Shown here: positions 1 through 13,100 of the stretch, piece by piece
Numbering within the stretch: the first letter of the stretch is position 1
Layout of the letters: each line of letters opens with the position of its first letter
Source: Chrysomallon squamiferum
Lineage: Eukaryota > Animalia > Mollusca
Direction: 5' to 3'
Assembly: GCA_012295275.1 (NCBI GenBank)
Contig: CM022677.1
Span: forward strand, 14,880,001-14,944,000
DNA length: 64,000 nucleotides
Program-made: the position numbers and the translations under genes
The notes under the pieces: generated by a model
The model's input: only the letters and a program-made list of their open reading frames with translations
Database searches by the model: none
What the model was told of the DNA's origin: nothing

Positions 1-3000
1 TAAAAACAGAAACATATATACTGACAAACACTTACACATAAAAACAGAAATATATATATTGACAAACAGTTGCAGATAAAAACAGAAACAGATATATTGA
101 CACAGTTACACATAGAAACAGAAACAGATATACAGACAAACACAGACAGACACAAAAAGACATACTAACAAATACCGACAGATAAGGACAGAAATAGAAA
201 TCTTGACTAACACTTACACATAACGACAGGAGCAGATATATTAACAAACATTGAAAGACAAATACAGAAATAGATTCCAAAACATTTACAGACAATGACA
301 AAAACAGACATATTGACAAACACCTAGAGATAACTACACAAACAGATATATTGAGAAAGACTTACAGATAACGAAACAGATATATTGAAAACCACTTAAA
401 GATAAGGACAGAAACAGATATATTGACAAAGACTTTCAGATAACGACAGAAAGAGATATATTGACAGACTTAAAAAGATAACGACAGAAACAGACAAACT
501 GACAAACACTTACAGATAATGACACAAATAGATATCTCGACTAACACATACACATAAGGACAGAAACAGATATACTGAGAAACATTTAGAGATAACAACA
601 AAAACAGATTTATTGACAAACAGTTACAGATAAGGACAGAAACATATACATTGACAACTATTTAAAGATAATGACAGAAACAGATATATTGACAAACTCT
701 TAAAGATCAGGACAGAGACATATATTGTGAAACACCTAGAGATAACTAGACAAACAGATATATTGACAAAGACTTAAAGATAACAACACAAACACATATA
801 CTGAAAAAGACTTTCAGATAATGACAGAAACAGATATATTGACAAACTCTTAAAGATCAGGACAGAGACATATATATTGACAAAGACATAAAAAGATAAC
901 GACAGAAACAGACAAACTGACAAAGATTTAGAGGTAAGTAACGCAAACAGATATATTGACAAACTCTTTAAGATAACGACAGAAACATATATATTGACAA
1001 ACTCTTAAAGATAAGGACAGAGACAGATATATTGACAGTTACACATAAAAACAGAAACATATATACTGACAAACATTTACACATAAAAACAGAAACAGAT
1101 ATATTGACAAACAGTTACACATAAAAACAGAAACAGATATATTGACAAACACCTAGAGATAACTACACAGACAGACATATTGACAAACACTTACAGATAA
1201 GGACAGAAACAGACATATTGACAAACACTTACAGATAACTACACAAACAGACATATTGACACAGACTTACAGATAACGACAGAAACAGATATATTGACAA
1301 AAAGTTACACATAGAAACAGAAACAGATATATAGACAAAAAGTTACACATAAAAACAGAAACAGATATATTGACAAAAAGTTACACATAGAAACAAAAAC
1401 AGATATATAGACAAACACAGACAGACACAAAAAGACATACTAACAAATACCGACAGATAAGGACAGAAATAGATATCTTCACTAACACTTACACATAACG
1501 ACAGGAGCAGATATATTAACAAACATTGAAAGACAAATACAGAAATAGATTCCAAAACATTTACAAAGACAAAAACAGACATTGACAAACACCTAGAGAT
1601 AACTACACAAACAGAAATATTGACAAAGACTTACAGATAATGACAGAAACAGATATATTGAAAACCACTTAAAGATAAGGACAGAAACAGATATCATAAA
1701 AACCAGTTAAAAATAAGGACAGAAACAGATATATTAACAAACACTTAAAGATAACAACACAAACACATATATTCACAAAGACTTTCAGATAACGACAGAA
1801 AGAGATATATTGACAAAGACTTACAGATATCAACAGAAAGATATATATTGAAAACCACTTAAAAAAAAGGACAGAAACAGATACATTCACAAACACCTAG
1901 AGATAACTACACAAACAGATATATAGACAAAGACTTACAGATAATGACAGAAACATATATATTGAAAACCACTTGCAGATAAGGACAAAAACATATATAT
2001 TGACAAAGACTTTAAGATAACGACAGAAAGAGGTATATTGACAAAGACTTACAGATAACGACAGAAAGAGATATATTGACACAGACTTAAAAAGATAATG
2101 ACAGAAACAGACAAACTGACAAATATTTAGAGATAACAACACAAACAGATATACTGACAAACACTTACAGATAATGACACAAACAGATATCTTGACTAAC
2201 ACCTAAACATAAGGACAGAAACAGATATACTGAGAATCATTTAGAGATAAAGACAAAAACAGATATATTGAAAACCACTTGCAGATAACAACACAAACAG
2301 ATATATTGACAAAGACTTACAGATAAGGACAGAAACATATATATTGACAACTATTTAAAGATAATGACTGAAACAGATAAATTGAAAACCACTTGCAGAT
2401 AAGGACAAAAACATATATATTGACAAACACTTATACTTACACATAAAAACAGAAACACCTAGAGATAACTACACAAACAGATATATTGACAAAGACTTAC
2501 AAATAATGACAGAAACAGATATATTGAAAACCACTTAAACCACTTAAAGATAAGGACAGAAACATATATATTGACAAACTTTTAAAGATCAGGACAGAGA
2601 CAGATATATTGAGAAAGACTTTCAGATCACGACAGAAACAGATATATTGACAAACTCTTTAAGATAATGACAGAAACAGATATATTGACAAAGACTTAGA
2701 GACAAGGACAGAAACAGATATATTGACTAACAATTACAGATAAGGACAGAAACACATATCTTGACTAACACTTACAGATAAGGACAAAGGCAGATATATT
2801 GACAAACACCTACAGATAAAAACACAAACAGACATATTGACACACACCTAGAGATAACAACACAGACAGACATACTGACAAACACTTACAGATAATGACA
2901 GAAACAGACATATTGATAAAGACATAAAGATGACAAGAGAAGCAGAGATATTGAGAAACACTTACAGATAATGACAGAAACAGATATATTGATAAAGACA

Positions 3001-4600
3001 TAAAGATGACAAGAGAAGCAGAGATATTGAGAAACACTTACAGATAATGACAGAAACAGACATATTGATAAAGACATAAAGATGACAAGAGAAGCAGAGA
3101 TATTGAGAAACACAGATAATGACAGAAACAGATATATTGATAAAGACATAAAGATGACAAGAGAAGCAGAGATATTGAGAAACACAGATAATGACAGAAA
3201 CAGATATATTGAGAAAGACTAACAGATAAGGATACAAACAGATATATTGTGAAACACTTACAGATAAGGACAGAAACAGACATACTGACAAACACTAACA
3301 GAGGTAGAGTGACAGGTATGCTGACAAACACTTACAGATAAAAACAGAAACAGACATATTGACAAATACTTAGAGATAAGGACAGAAACAGATATACTGA
3401 CAAATACTGACAGATAAGAACATAAACAGACATAATGACAAAGACATAGAGATAGCAATAAAAACAGATACATTGATAAAGGCCTACAGATGACAGAAAC
3501 AGAGACATTAGCAAACACTTACATGTGAGGACAGAAACAGATATACTGACAGTTACAGACATACAGTGACAGATATACTGACAAACAGTTACAGACATAC
3601 AGTGACAGATATACTGACAAACAGTTACAGACATACAGTGACAGATATACTGACAAAAAGTGCCAGATAAAAACAGAAAGATATATTGACAAACACTTAC
3701 AGATAACAATACAAACAGATATATTGACAAATACTTACAGATAAAAACAGAAACAGATATATTGACAAATACTTACAGATAAAAACAGAAACGGATATAC
3801 TGACAAACACTTACATATAAGGACAGAACAGATATATTGTCAAACAGTTACAGATGAGGATAGAAACAGATATTTTGAGAAAACTAACAGATGAGGACCC
3901 AGTGAATGACAGATATACTGACAAATTCCAACAGATAGAAACAGACATATTGACAAATATCTGCAGATAAGATAAAAAAAGAAACAGACATTGACAAATG
4001 TACAGACAATGATAAAAACAGACATTGACTGACAAATCTTACAGATAACAACAAAACTCACAAACTGAAGTGTTAAAGACAGAAAAAAGATACATATTGA
4101 CAAACATATACAGATATCAGTAGAAATGATATTTTGTTGAAAAAAACTTACAGATAAAGGATATAAAGACAGATATGACTGATATATTCCAACAGAGAAG
4201 GATATAGATATAGATTGAGGTATATCTGCAGATAAGTATACAGCTATGGATTGATACATATGTAGAAATAAGATAGGCACATATATAGATTGATACACAC
4301 CTGATCTTAGAGATGGAAATTGATAAACAGAAATTAAAGACAGATATAGATATATATTGTTAAACATATGCAGATATCAGTAGATATAGACATAGACTGA
4401 AACAGAACTGCAAATAAAGATATAAATATAGGTTGATATATACCTTCAGATGACACAGATATAGATTGAAACAAACCTACAGATAAAGATAGATACAGAT
4501 GTAGATTAATAGTCAACTCGAGCTAACAATGAACACATATGTAGATTGAAACACTCCTACAAATAATGGTAGGTACAGATAACGATAGATACAGTTTAAT
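1..4600 (+). repeat. 40-bp-period satellite array (unit 0, inverted relative to the others, truncated by the window edge)
   Basis: Tandem monomer like ACAGATAAGGACAGAAACAGATATATTGACAAACACTT (38-40 nt) with the A-rich strand on +. It degenerates towards 4600 and abuts conserved element A. Confidence 0.95.
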
Positions 4601-4651
4601 AACAAAAGAGTGTAACAACAGAAATATCAAAATAAGATTTTTCTTATTTGC

Positions 4652-4850
4652 TATGTGTCGTACACTGTTTGAATTCAAAGTAAATTTTAGATGATTCCTC
4701 ACCATTGTTTTAATAAATTGTACCTAAAATGCAGCGACACGGAGTCACCTGGTGAGTGATGACACCCCCTCCTCGTAGTGGCTAATACGGTAATTTGTAC
4801 TTGAAAATGGATTTACCGGGGACTGTTCACCATAGGTACAAAATATCAGT
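4652..4850 (+). ncRNA. Conserved structured element A, copy 1 (core 4718-4841), putative RNA structure of unknown family
   Basis: Reverse complement of 7776-7966, 20116-20306 and 35381-35572 with few differences. Nested inverted repeats TTGTACCTA/TAGGTACAA, TGGTGA/TCACCA and CGGTAA/TTACCG. Confidence 0.6.
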
Positions 4851-4909
4851 TTTAATTTTTATTTAAAATAGATCTTGGATTATAATTATTTCAGTTATTT
4901 ATTTATTTA

Positions 4910-4914
<5 letters not shown>

Positions 4915-4961
<47 letters not shown>

Positions 4962-4982
4962 TATTATTATTAGTTATTATTA

Positions 4983-5065
<83 letters not shown>

Positions 5066-5580
5066 TATTATTATTATTATTGTTATTATTTATGTTGGAT
5101 ATATAATTATTATGTTGTTTATTATTATTTACATTGATTATTCATGTTGGATATATAATTATTATGTTGTTTGTATTTACACTGATCTTCTGTTTACAGT
5201 CAAATTTTCTGAAATATGACTGTACACATGTCAATATGTCTCTATGTAGTCTGAAGAATTTTAAAAAGTGTTTATTTTTTAAATTTTTTTTTTTTTAAAT
5301 TATTCTTGGTTTATTATTTTTCCATTCAAAACTAAATCAACACCAGCAACAATCCAGTGATGATGATGATGATGATAGTAATAATAATAATAATAAGAGA
5401 AAAAGAAGAAGGGAAATACAATGACAACTCTGCCATCATCATCATAAGTAACAAGAAAAAGAACAATAGAAATAATAACAAGAACACTATTACCATAACA
5501 GTCATTACTACAAGAACACAAAAAACAACAATTATTAAAACCACCAATAAAAACAACAACAAGCAACAAGCAGCAGCAGC

Positions 5581-5618
<38 letters not shown>

Positions 5619-5650
5619 AACAACATCAACATGTGGTAAACAACAACAAC

Positions 5651-5686
<36 letters not shown>

Positions 5687-5690
5687 AATC
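4915..5690. repeat. (TTA)n, (TGA/TAA)n and (CAA/CAG)n microsatellite cluster
   Basis: Directly visible trinucleotide runs; they generate the poly-L/C/T/Q ORFs in the track. Confidence 0.95.
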
Positions 5691-6575
5691 ATATTTTGAG
5701 TTTTGTTTTGATTTTTGCTGAAGCTAAACTAAATATTTTCATCTCAAAAAAACCATCAAAAGAAAGATAAAATTTCAGCAGAAATGATATTTTTATTTTG
5801 TTTTGTTTTCTCCCTTGTCCTAAACAAAACTGTAATAAATGAAAATAAGTTAATATTTTACAAACTGAATCTCTCTCCTAAGACCATTTGGTTAACTGAA
5901 ATAAAATATAAAATAAACAAAATAAAATATAAAATAAATAAGGATGTGTAGTGAACAAAAGATTTTGAGTCAAAAATAATTCAACTCTTAAAAATTCATC
6001 GAATTTATTCCGTCATATTACGTTCATATTTACGTAAAACTACAAACACACACACACACAAACACAGTATATGCATAAGCACACTCACACACACTTATAT
6101 ACACACGAATATACATAACTAAATGACAAATAAATAATAACTTTGATAAGGTTGCAAATAACTTTAAACAATGACATATAAAATTAAATAATTATTTTTT
6201 ATGCCTGCTAAATACATTATGTATTTTAATTTGCGTGCTAATTCCACTTACATTTAACAACGAACTTGTATTATTTTTATTATAGTTTTTAACTAGAACA
6301 TTATGTCCAACTTGTTATTTTGTTAAACTATTTATTAAACTGTTTATTTATTAAATAAATATATTTAAAGAACAGCATAAATGCAGTATACAGAACTAAA
6401 TTTTAAATCATTTCTGAAAGAAATCTACTTAAAAATTAACTAATTCCAAACAAATCACTTCGTAATTTACACTTGTGAGAAACACCTGTTTGTAAATGCA
6501 GCCATTTTGGAAATAATCTTTTATCATAACAGAGTGACGTCCCTTCCTTAAATGAAAATTTTTTGAAAACAATTA

Positions 6576-6618
<43 letters not shown>

Positions 6619-7266
6619 ACGTCATGAATTTTAACTTCTCTAACTTCATTACAATGCTTTTGTCCTGTTAGATGTTCAGTATATGAATGTTGCCTGACGT
6701 TTGAATGACGTATTTCTGCTAATGGAAAAATCGCGAAAAGAGTTGTTATTGTTTATTTATTCATTTATTTATTTATTATTGTGATTATTTCAGCGCTGCC
6801 ATTACTTTTGATAATTATATCAGTAAGTTTAGAATGAAACAAATAATAATAATAAAAATAAAATAAAATAAAATAAATATTCTGAATATGTTCGTCAACC
6901 ACTGTTTCAAAAATAATAACTTTCATTATTGATTTACACTATAAAATAAAAAAACCTAACGACATAAAAATTTACCTCATCACATTAGTGACATTTACAG
7001 TGTTTACTAAACTCACAGGCGTTATGCGAAATCCATCAAAATTATTTACAACGATATCACGTTGTTATCCGTATTTTGCAGATGATAATGTTATTTGGTA
7101 AATTCATTGTTTAATTTTGCGTAAAGTTACCCTGACGGAATTAAAGGCCGCAGGTATAACATTTAATAACCACATTTCAGTTTAAAAAAAAAAAAAAAAA
7201 AAATTAACAGTTCACAGTTTTGTTATTTGTGACTAAGAAAAACATTAAGTGCAGTCAACTTTTATT

Positions 7267-7297
<31 letters not shown>

Positions 7298-7345
7298 TTT
7301 TTTTTTTTTTGTATTTCTGATTTTATACAGACATTCTGAAACATG

Positions 7346-7347
<2 letters not shown>

Positions 7348-7426
<79 letters not shown>
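7348..7426. repeat. (CT)n microsatellite
   Basis: Pure dinucleotide run. Confidence 0.95.
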
Positions 7427-7427
<1 letters not shown>

Positions 7428-7775
7428 ATCCAGGAACAGATATATTAAATTGCCATATTTAGTTCATTGTTAATATCACTAAAGGTAGATAATCAAATAT
7501 TTCAAAAACATTAAATAATAAAGTAAAGTGTAAAAATAAATTTTAAATATTAATGTGAATGTGTCTTTATGTGCATTCGTGTATATATGTAGATGTATGT
7601 CTAAGTATGTATGGGTGAGAATGTACGTATGTATAATTATTTATAAGTGTGTTTCTATATAGATAGACAGATGGATAGACAGACAGACAGGTCGATAAAT
7701 AGATAATTAGACGTGTAATTTATTGAAATAATTATTTATTAGATCATATCACGATCAAATCTGATATTTTGTGTT

Positions 7776-7966
7776 TTGTACCTATGGTGAACAGTCCCCC
7801 GGTAATCCATTTTCAAGTACAAATTACCGTATTAGCCACTACGAGGTGGGGGTGTCATCACTCACCAGGTGACTCCGTGTCGCTGCATTTTAGGTACAAT
7901 TTATTAAAACAATGGTGAGCAATCATCTAAAATTTACTTTGAATTCAAACAGTAAACGACACATAC
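7776..7966 (-). ncRNA. Conserved structured element A, copy 2 (core 7776-7899)
   Basis: Core reads identically to copy 3. The minus-strand reading gives the 11-bp stem CGGUAAUUUGU/AUGGAUUACCG with G-U pairs that would be A-C mismatches on the + strand. Confidence 0.65.
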
Positions 7967-8019
7967 AAATAAGAAAATCGTATTTAATGTCTCTGTTGTT
8001 AATACTCTTTTATTATTAA

Positions 8020-10105
8020 ACTGTATCTATCGTTATCTACATATTTTTCTGCGTTATCTATAGTTGTGTATTAATCTATATCTGCATATATCGTTATCTG
8101 TAGGTGTGTGTCTGTCTATATCTGTTTCTTCGTTATCTCTGGGTGTTTATTAAACTATGTATGAGGATATCCTTATCTGTAGGTGTGTATCACTATGTAT
8201 ATGTATCGGTCAACTTTCAAGGTGTGTATCAGTCTATATAATCTATCTTTCGCTATCAGTAGGTATGCATTAATTTGTATATGTGTAAACCTTATCTGTA
8301 AATGTGTATAGGCTATCTATATGGGGTATTAATCTGTACTCTGCCTACCATTATGAGTAGGCATGTTCCAAGCTATATAAGTATCTATCCTTATCTCTAG
8401 GTGTGTATGAAGCTATATCTGCAACTGTCATTATCGTTAGATGTATATCAATCTAAATATTTGTTTTCTATAGTTATCAGTATTTTGGGGTGTGTATTAA
8501 TCTATATTTGTATCTATCGTTAGCTTTATATCTGTATCTATAGTTTAGGTGCCTATTAATCTATATCTCTATCTATAGATGTGTATTAATCTATACCTGC
8601 ATCTATCATCATCTGTATGTGTGTACTAACCTATACATTTGTCTTCGTTTATATAATAAGTGTATATTAATCTGTATATGTGTATACGTTTTCTGTAGAT
8701 TGCTCTGAATCTATATCTATATCTATTGCTAATTGTTGGTATGTATCAGTCTATATATGTGTCTTCCTATTTATATCTGTACCTATTTATTATTATATAT
8801 AACTGTATGTGTCGTTATCTCTAGTGGTTTATCAATCTTAATCTGTATGTATCGCTATCTGAAGGTGTGTTTCAATCTGTGTATCTGTCTTCGTTATTTG
8901 TAGGTATCTTTTCACTATTTCTGAAACTATCGTTATCTCTACGGGTGTATCAGTCTACATCTATATCTGTCTTATATGTAGATGTTTATCAATATAATAT
9001 TTCTATCGATCGTTATCTGGAGATGTGTTTCTATCATTACCTGCAGCTATATGTATTAATTTATATCTGTATCTATCCTTATCTGTAGGTGTCTATCATT
9101 CTCTATATTTATCTTCCTTATCTATAGTTGTGTATTAATCTATATATTGATATCTGTAGATGTTTTTCATATAGCAGTCTATATACGTGTCTTCGTTATC
9201 TTTAACTATGCATTAATCTGTATCTGTATGTATCGTTCTGTTTAGGTGCGTATTAATCTATATTTATATCTGTTATTACTTAAAGGTGTGTATTAATCTA
9301 TACCTTTATCTGTCGTTATCTTTAAGTGTCTATTAATCTACATCTCTATAAGTCGCTATGAATCTATATCTGTATCTATCCTTAATTGTTGGTATGTATC
9401 AGTCTATATATGTGTCTACCTTTTCTGTACCTATTTATTATTATATATAACTGTATGTGTCGTTATCTCTAGGGGTGTATCAATCTTAATCTGTATGTAT
9501 CGCTGTCTGAATGTGTGTTTCAATCTGTATATCTGTCTTCGTTATTTGTAGGTATCTTTTCACTCTGTCTGCAACTGTCGTTATCTCTACGGGTGTATCA
9601 GTCTATATCTATAGCTGTCTTATGATGTTTATCAAAATATATTTCTATCGATCGTTATCTTTAGACGTGTCTAAGTTATATCTGTTTCTATTGTTACCTG
9701 CAGCTATGTCTATAAATATATGTCTGTATCTATTGTTATATTTGTGTATTAGTCTATATCTGTATCTATCCTTATCTATAGTTGTGTATTAACCTATATC
9801 TGTATCTATTGTTATCTGTAGGTGTCTATCAATCTATGTATTTGTTTTCGTTTTCTATAGTTGTGTATTAATCTATATCTGTATCTATCCTTATCTATAG
9901 GTATTCATCAGTCTCTCTATTTGTATAGTTATCTACAGCTGTGTATTAATTTATATCTGTATATATCGTTAATGTAGGCGTTTATCAATCTATATATTTG
10001 TGTTCCTTATCTATAGTTGTGTATTAATCTATATCTGTATATATCGTTAATATAGGCGTTTATCAATCTACATATTTCTGTTCCTTATCTATAGTTGTGT
10101 ATTAA

Positions 10106-10146
<41 letters not shown>

Positions 10147-13100
10147 TGATATCTGTAGGTGTCTATCAGGCTATAAATTATGTCAGTCTATATATGTGTC
10201 TTCGTTATCTTTAAGTATCTTTATGCATTAATCTGTATCAGAATTTATCGTTCTCTTTAGGTGCTTATTAATCTATATCAGTTTCTGTCATTATTTATAT
10301 GAGTTTATTAACGTATATTTATATCTATTATTACCTAAAGGTGTGTATTAACCTATACCTGTATCTATCCTTATCTATAGATGTCTATTTCTCTCGTTTC
10401 CTATCGTGTGTATTAGTCTATATCTGTATGTATAGTTACTTATATGTGGGTATTAATCAAAACGTGTATCTACCTTTTTCTTTAGGTGTGTCTTAATCTA
10501 TACCTGTATCTATCGTTATTTTTAGATGTCTATTAATCTACATCTGTATCTATCATTATCTATAGATGTGTATTAATCTACCTCTAAATCTATTGCTATC
10601 TTTTGGCGTATATTAATTTATTTCTGTTTATATCGTTTTATTTAGGTGTGTGTTAATCTATCTCTGTTTCTGTCATTATCTGTAGATATGTATAAATCTA
10701 TATCTGTATATATTGTTATCTTTAGGTCTGTATTAATCTTTATCTGTATCTATAGTTATCCTTTGGAGTATATTAATTTATATATGTAGCTATCGTTATA
10801 TGTAGGTGTGTATTAATCTACATCTCTATAAACCGTTGTTTTTAGATGGGTATTAATCTGTATATGTATGTATATATCCTTTGCATACCTGTGTTTGAAC
10901 CTGTCTCTCTATCTATCGTTGTCTATATGTGTGTATTAATCTATATCTATTTCTGTCGTTTCCTGTGGGTGTGTATTAGTCTATATGTGTATGTATAGTT
11001 AGTTATATGTGGGTATTAATCAATACGTGTATCTACCTTTTTCTTTAGGTTTGTATTAATGTACATAGTATCTAGAGTTATCTTTAGGTGTGTCTTAATA
11101 TATATGTATAGCTATCGTTATCTGAAGTTGTTTATCAATCTACACCTGAATCTATTGCTATATTTTGATGTATATCTATTTCTCTTTATATAGTTATATT
11201 TAGGTGTTTATCTATATCTGTTTCTGTCATTATCTCTAGGTATGTATAAATCTATATCTGTATCTATAGTTATCGTTTGGTGTATATTAATCTATATATG
11301 TAGCTATCATTATAAGCAGGTGTCTACTAATCTACATCTCTATAAATCGCTATGAATCTATATCTGTATCTATCCTTAATTGTTGGTATGTATCAGTCTA
11401 TATATGTGTCTTCCTATTTATATCTGTACCTATTTGTTATTATATATAACTGTATGCGTCCTTAACTCTAGGGGTGTATCAATCTTAATCTGTATGTATC
11501 GCTATCTGAAGGTGTGTTTCAATCTGTATATCTGTCTTCGTTATTTGTAGGTATCTTTTCACTCTGTCTGCAACTGTCGTTATCTCTAGGAGTGTATCAA
11601 TCTATATCTATATCTGTCTTATATGTAGATGTTTATCAAAATATATTTCTATCGATCGTTATCTGTAGACGTGTCTAAGTTGTATCTGTTTCTATTGTTA
11701 CTTGCAGCTATGTCTATACGTTTATATCTGTATCTATTGTTATATTTGTGTATTAATCTATATTTGTATTTATCCTTATCTATAGTTGTGTATTAACCTA
11801 TATCTGTATCTATTGTTATCTGTAGGTGTCTATCAATCTATGTATTTGTTTTCGTTGTGTATAGTTGTGTATTAAGCTATATCTGTATCTATCCTTATCT
11901 GTAGGTGTTTATCAGTCTCTATATTTGTTATAGTTATCTACAGCTGTGTATTAATTTATATCTGCATATATCGTTAATGTAGGTGTTTATCAATCTACAT
12001 ATTTGTCTTCCTTAACTATAGTTGTGTATTAATGTATATATTGATATGTGTAGGTGTTTATTAGGCGATAAATTATATCAGTCTATATATGTGTCTTCGT
12101 TATCTTTATGCATTATCATTCTCTTTAGGTGCATATTAATCTATATCAGTTTCTGTCAATATTTATATGAGTTTATTAACGTATATTTATATCTATTATT
12201 ACCTAAAGGTGTGTATTAACCTATACCTGTATCTACTGTGATCTATAGGTGTCTATTAATTTTGTGTCTCTACCTATCGTTATCTACAGGTGTGTATTAA
12301 TCTATACCTTTATCTGTTGTTATCTTTAGGTGTCTATTAATCTACATCTGTAGCTATCGTTATTATAGGTATGTATTAATCTACCTCTGAATCTATTGCT
12401 GTCTTTTGGTGTATATTAATTTATTTCTGTTTATATCGTTTTATTTAGGTGTGTGTTCATCTATCTCTGTTTCTGTCTATATCTTTATGTGTGTGTTTAT
12501 CTGTATCTGTTTCTGGTATGTATCAATCTATATCTGTATATACTGTTATCTTTAGGTCTGTATTAATCTTTATCTGTATCTATAGTTATCCTTTGGAGTA
12601 TATTAATCTATATATGTTGCTATCGTGTAGGTGTGTATTAATCTACATCTCTATAAACTGTTGTCTTAAGATGGGTATTAATCTATATCTGTATGTATCC
12701 TTTGAATACCTGTGTTTGAACCTGTCTCTCTATCTATCGTTGTCTGTATGTGTGTATTAATCTATATCTATTTCTGTCGTTTCCTGTGGGTGTGTATTAG
12801 TCTATATGTGTATGTATAGTTACTTATATGTGGGTATTAATCAATACGTGTATTTGTCTTTCTCTTTAGGTGTGTACTAATGTACATCTGTATCTGTAGT
12901 TATCTTTAGGTGTGTCTTAATCTATATGCATAATCTATCGTGTTCTGTAGCTGTTTATCAATCTATACCCGAATTTGTCGTTATCTTTAAGTACGCATTA
13001 ATCTGTTTGTATATTTATCGTTCTCTTTGGGTGTGTATTAACCTATATTTGTTTCTGTCATTACCTATAGTTCCTTATTAATCTAAATATATAGCTATAG

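Noticed and set aside
4691-4759. Small ORF MIPHHCFNKLYLKCSDTESPGE ending TGA TGA (selenoprotein-like) overlapping element A
   Set aside because: No Sec-protein motif, an AT-rich start context, and conservation extends equally past the stops, which fits structure better than coding.
4718-4841. Element A as a hammerhead or HDV-like ribozyme, SECIS, or U4/U11/U12 snRNA
   Set aside because: GTGATGA is not CTGANGA with a stem II then GAAA; CCTCCTCG/GGCTAA resemble HDV, but P1, P3 and P2 cannot be built in the right order; the SECIS quartet geometry and snRNA motifs do not fit. Known families are not excluded without cmscan.
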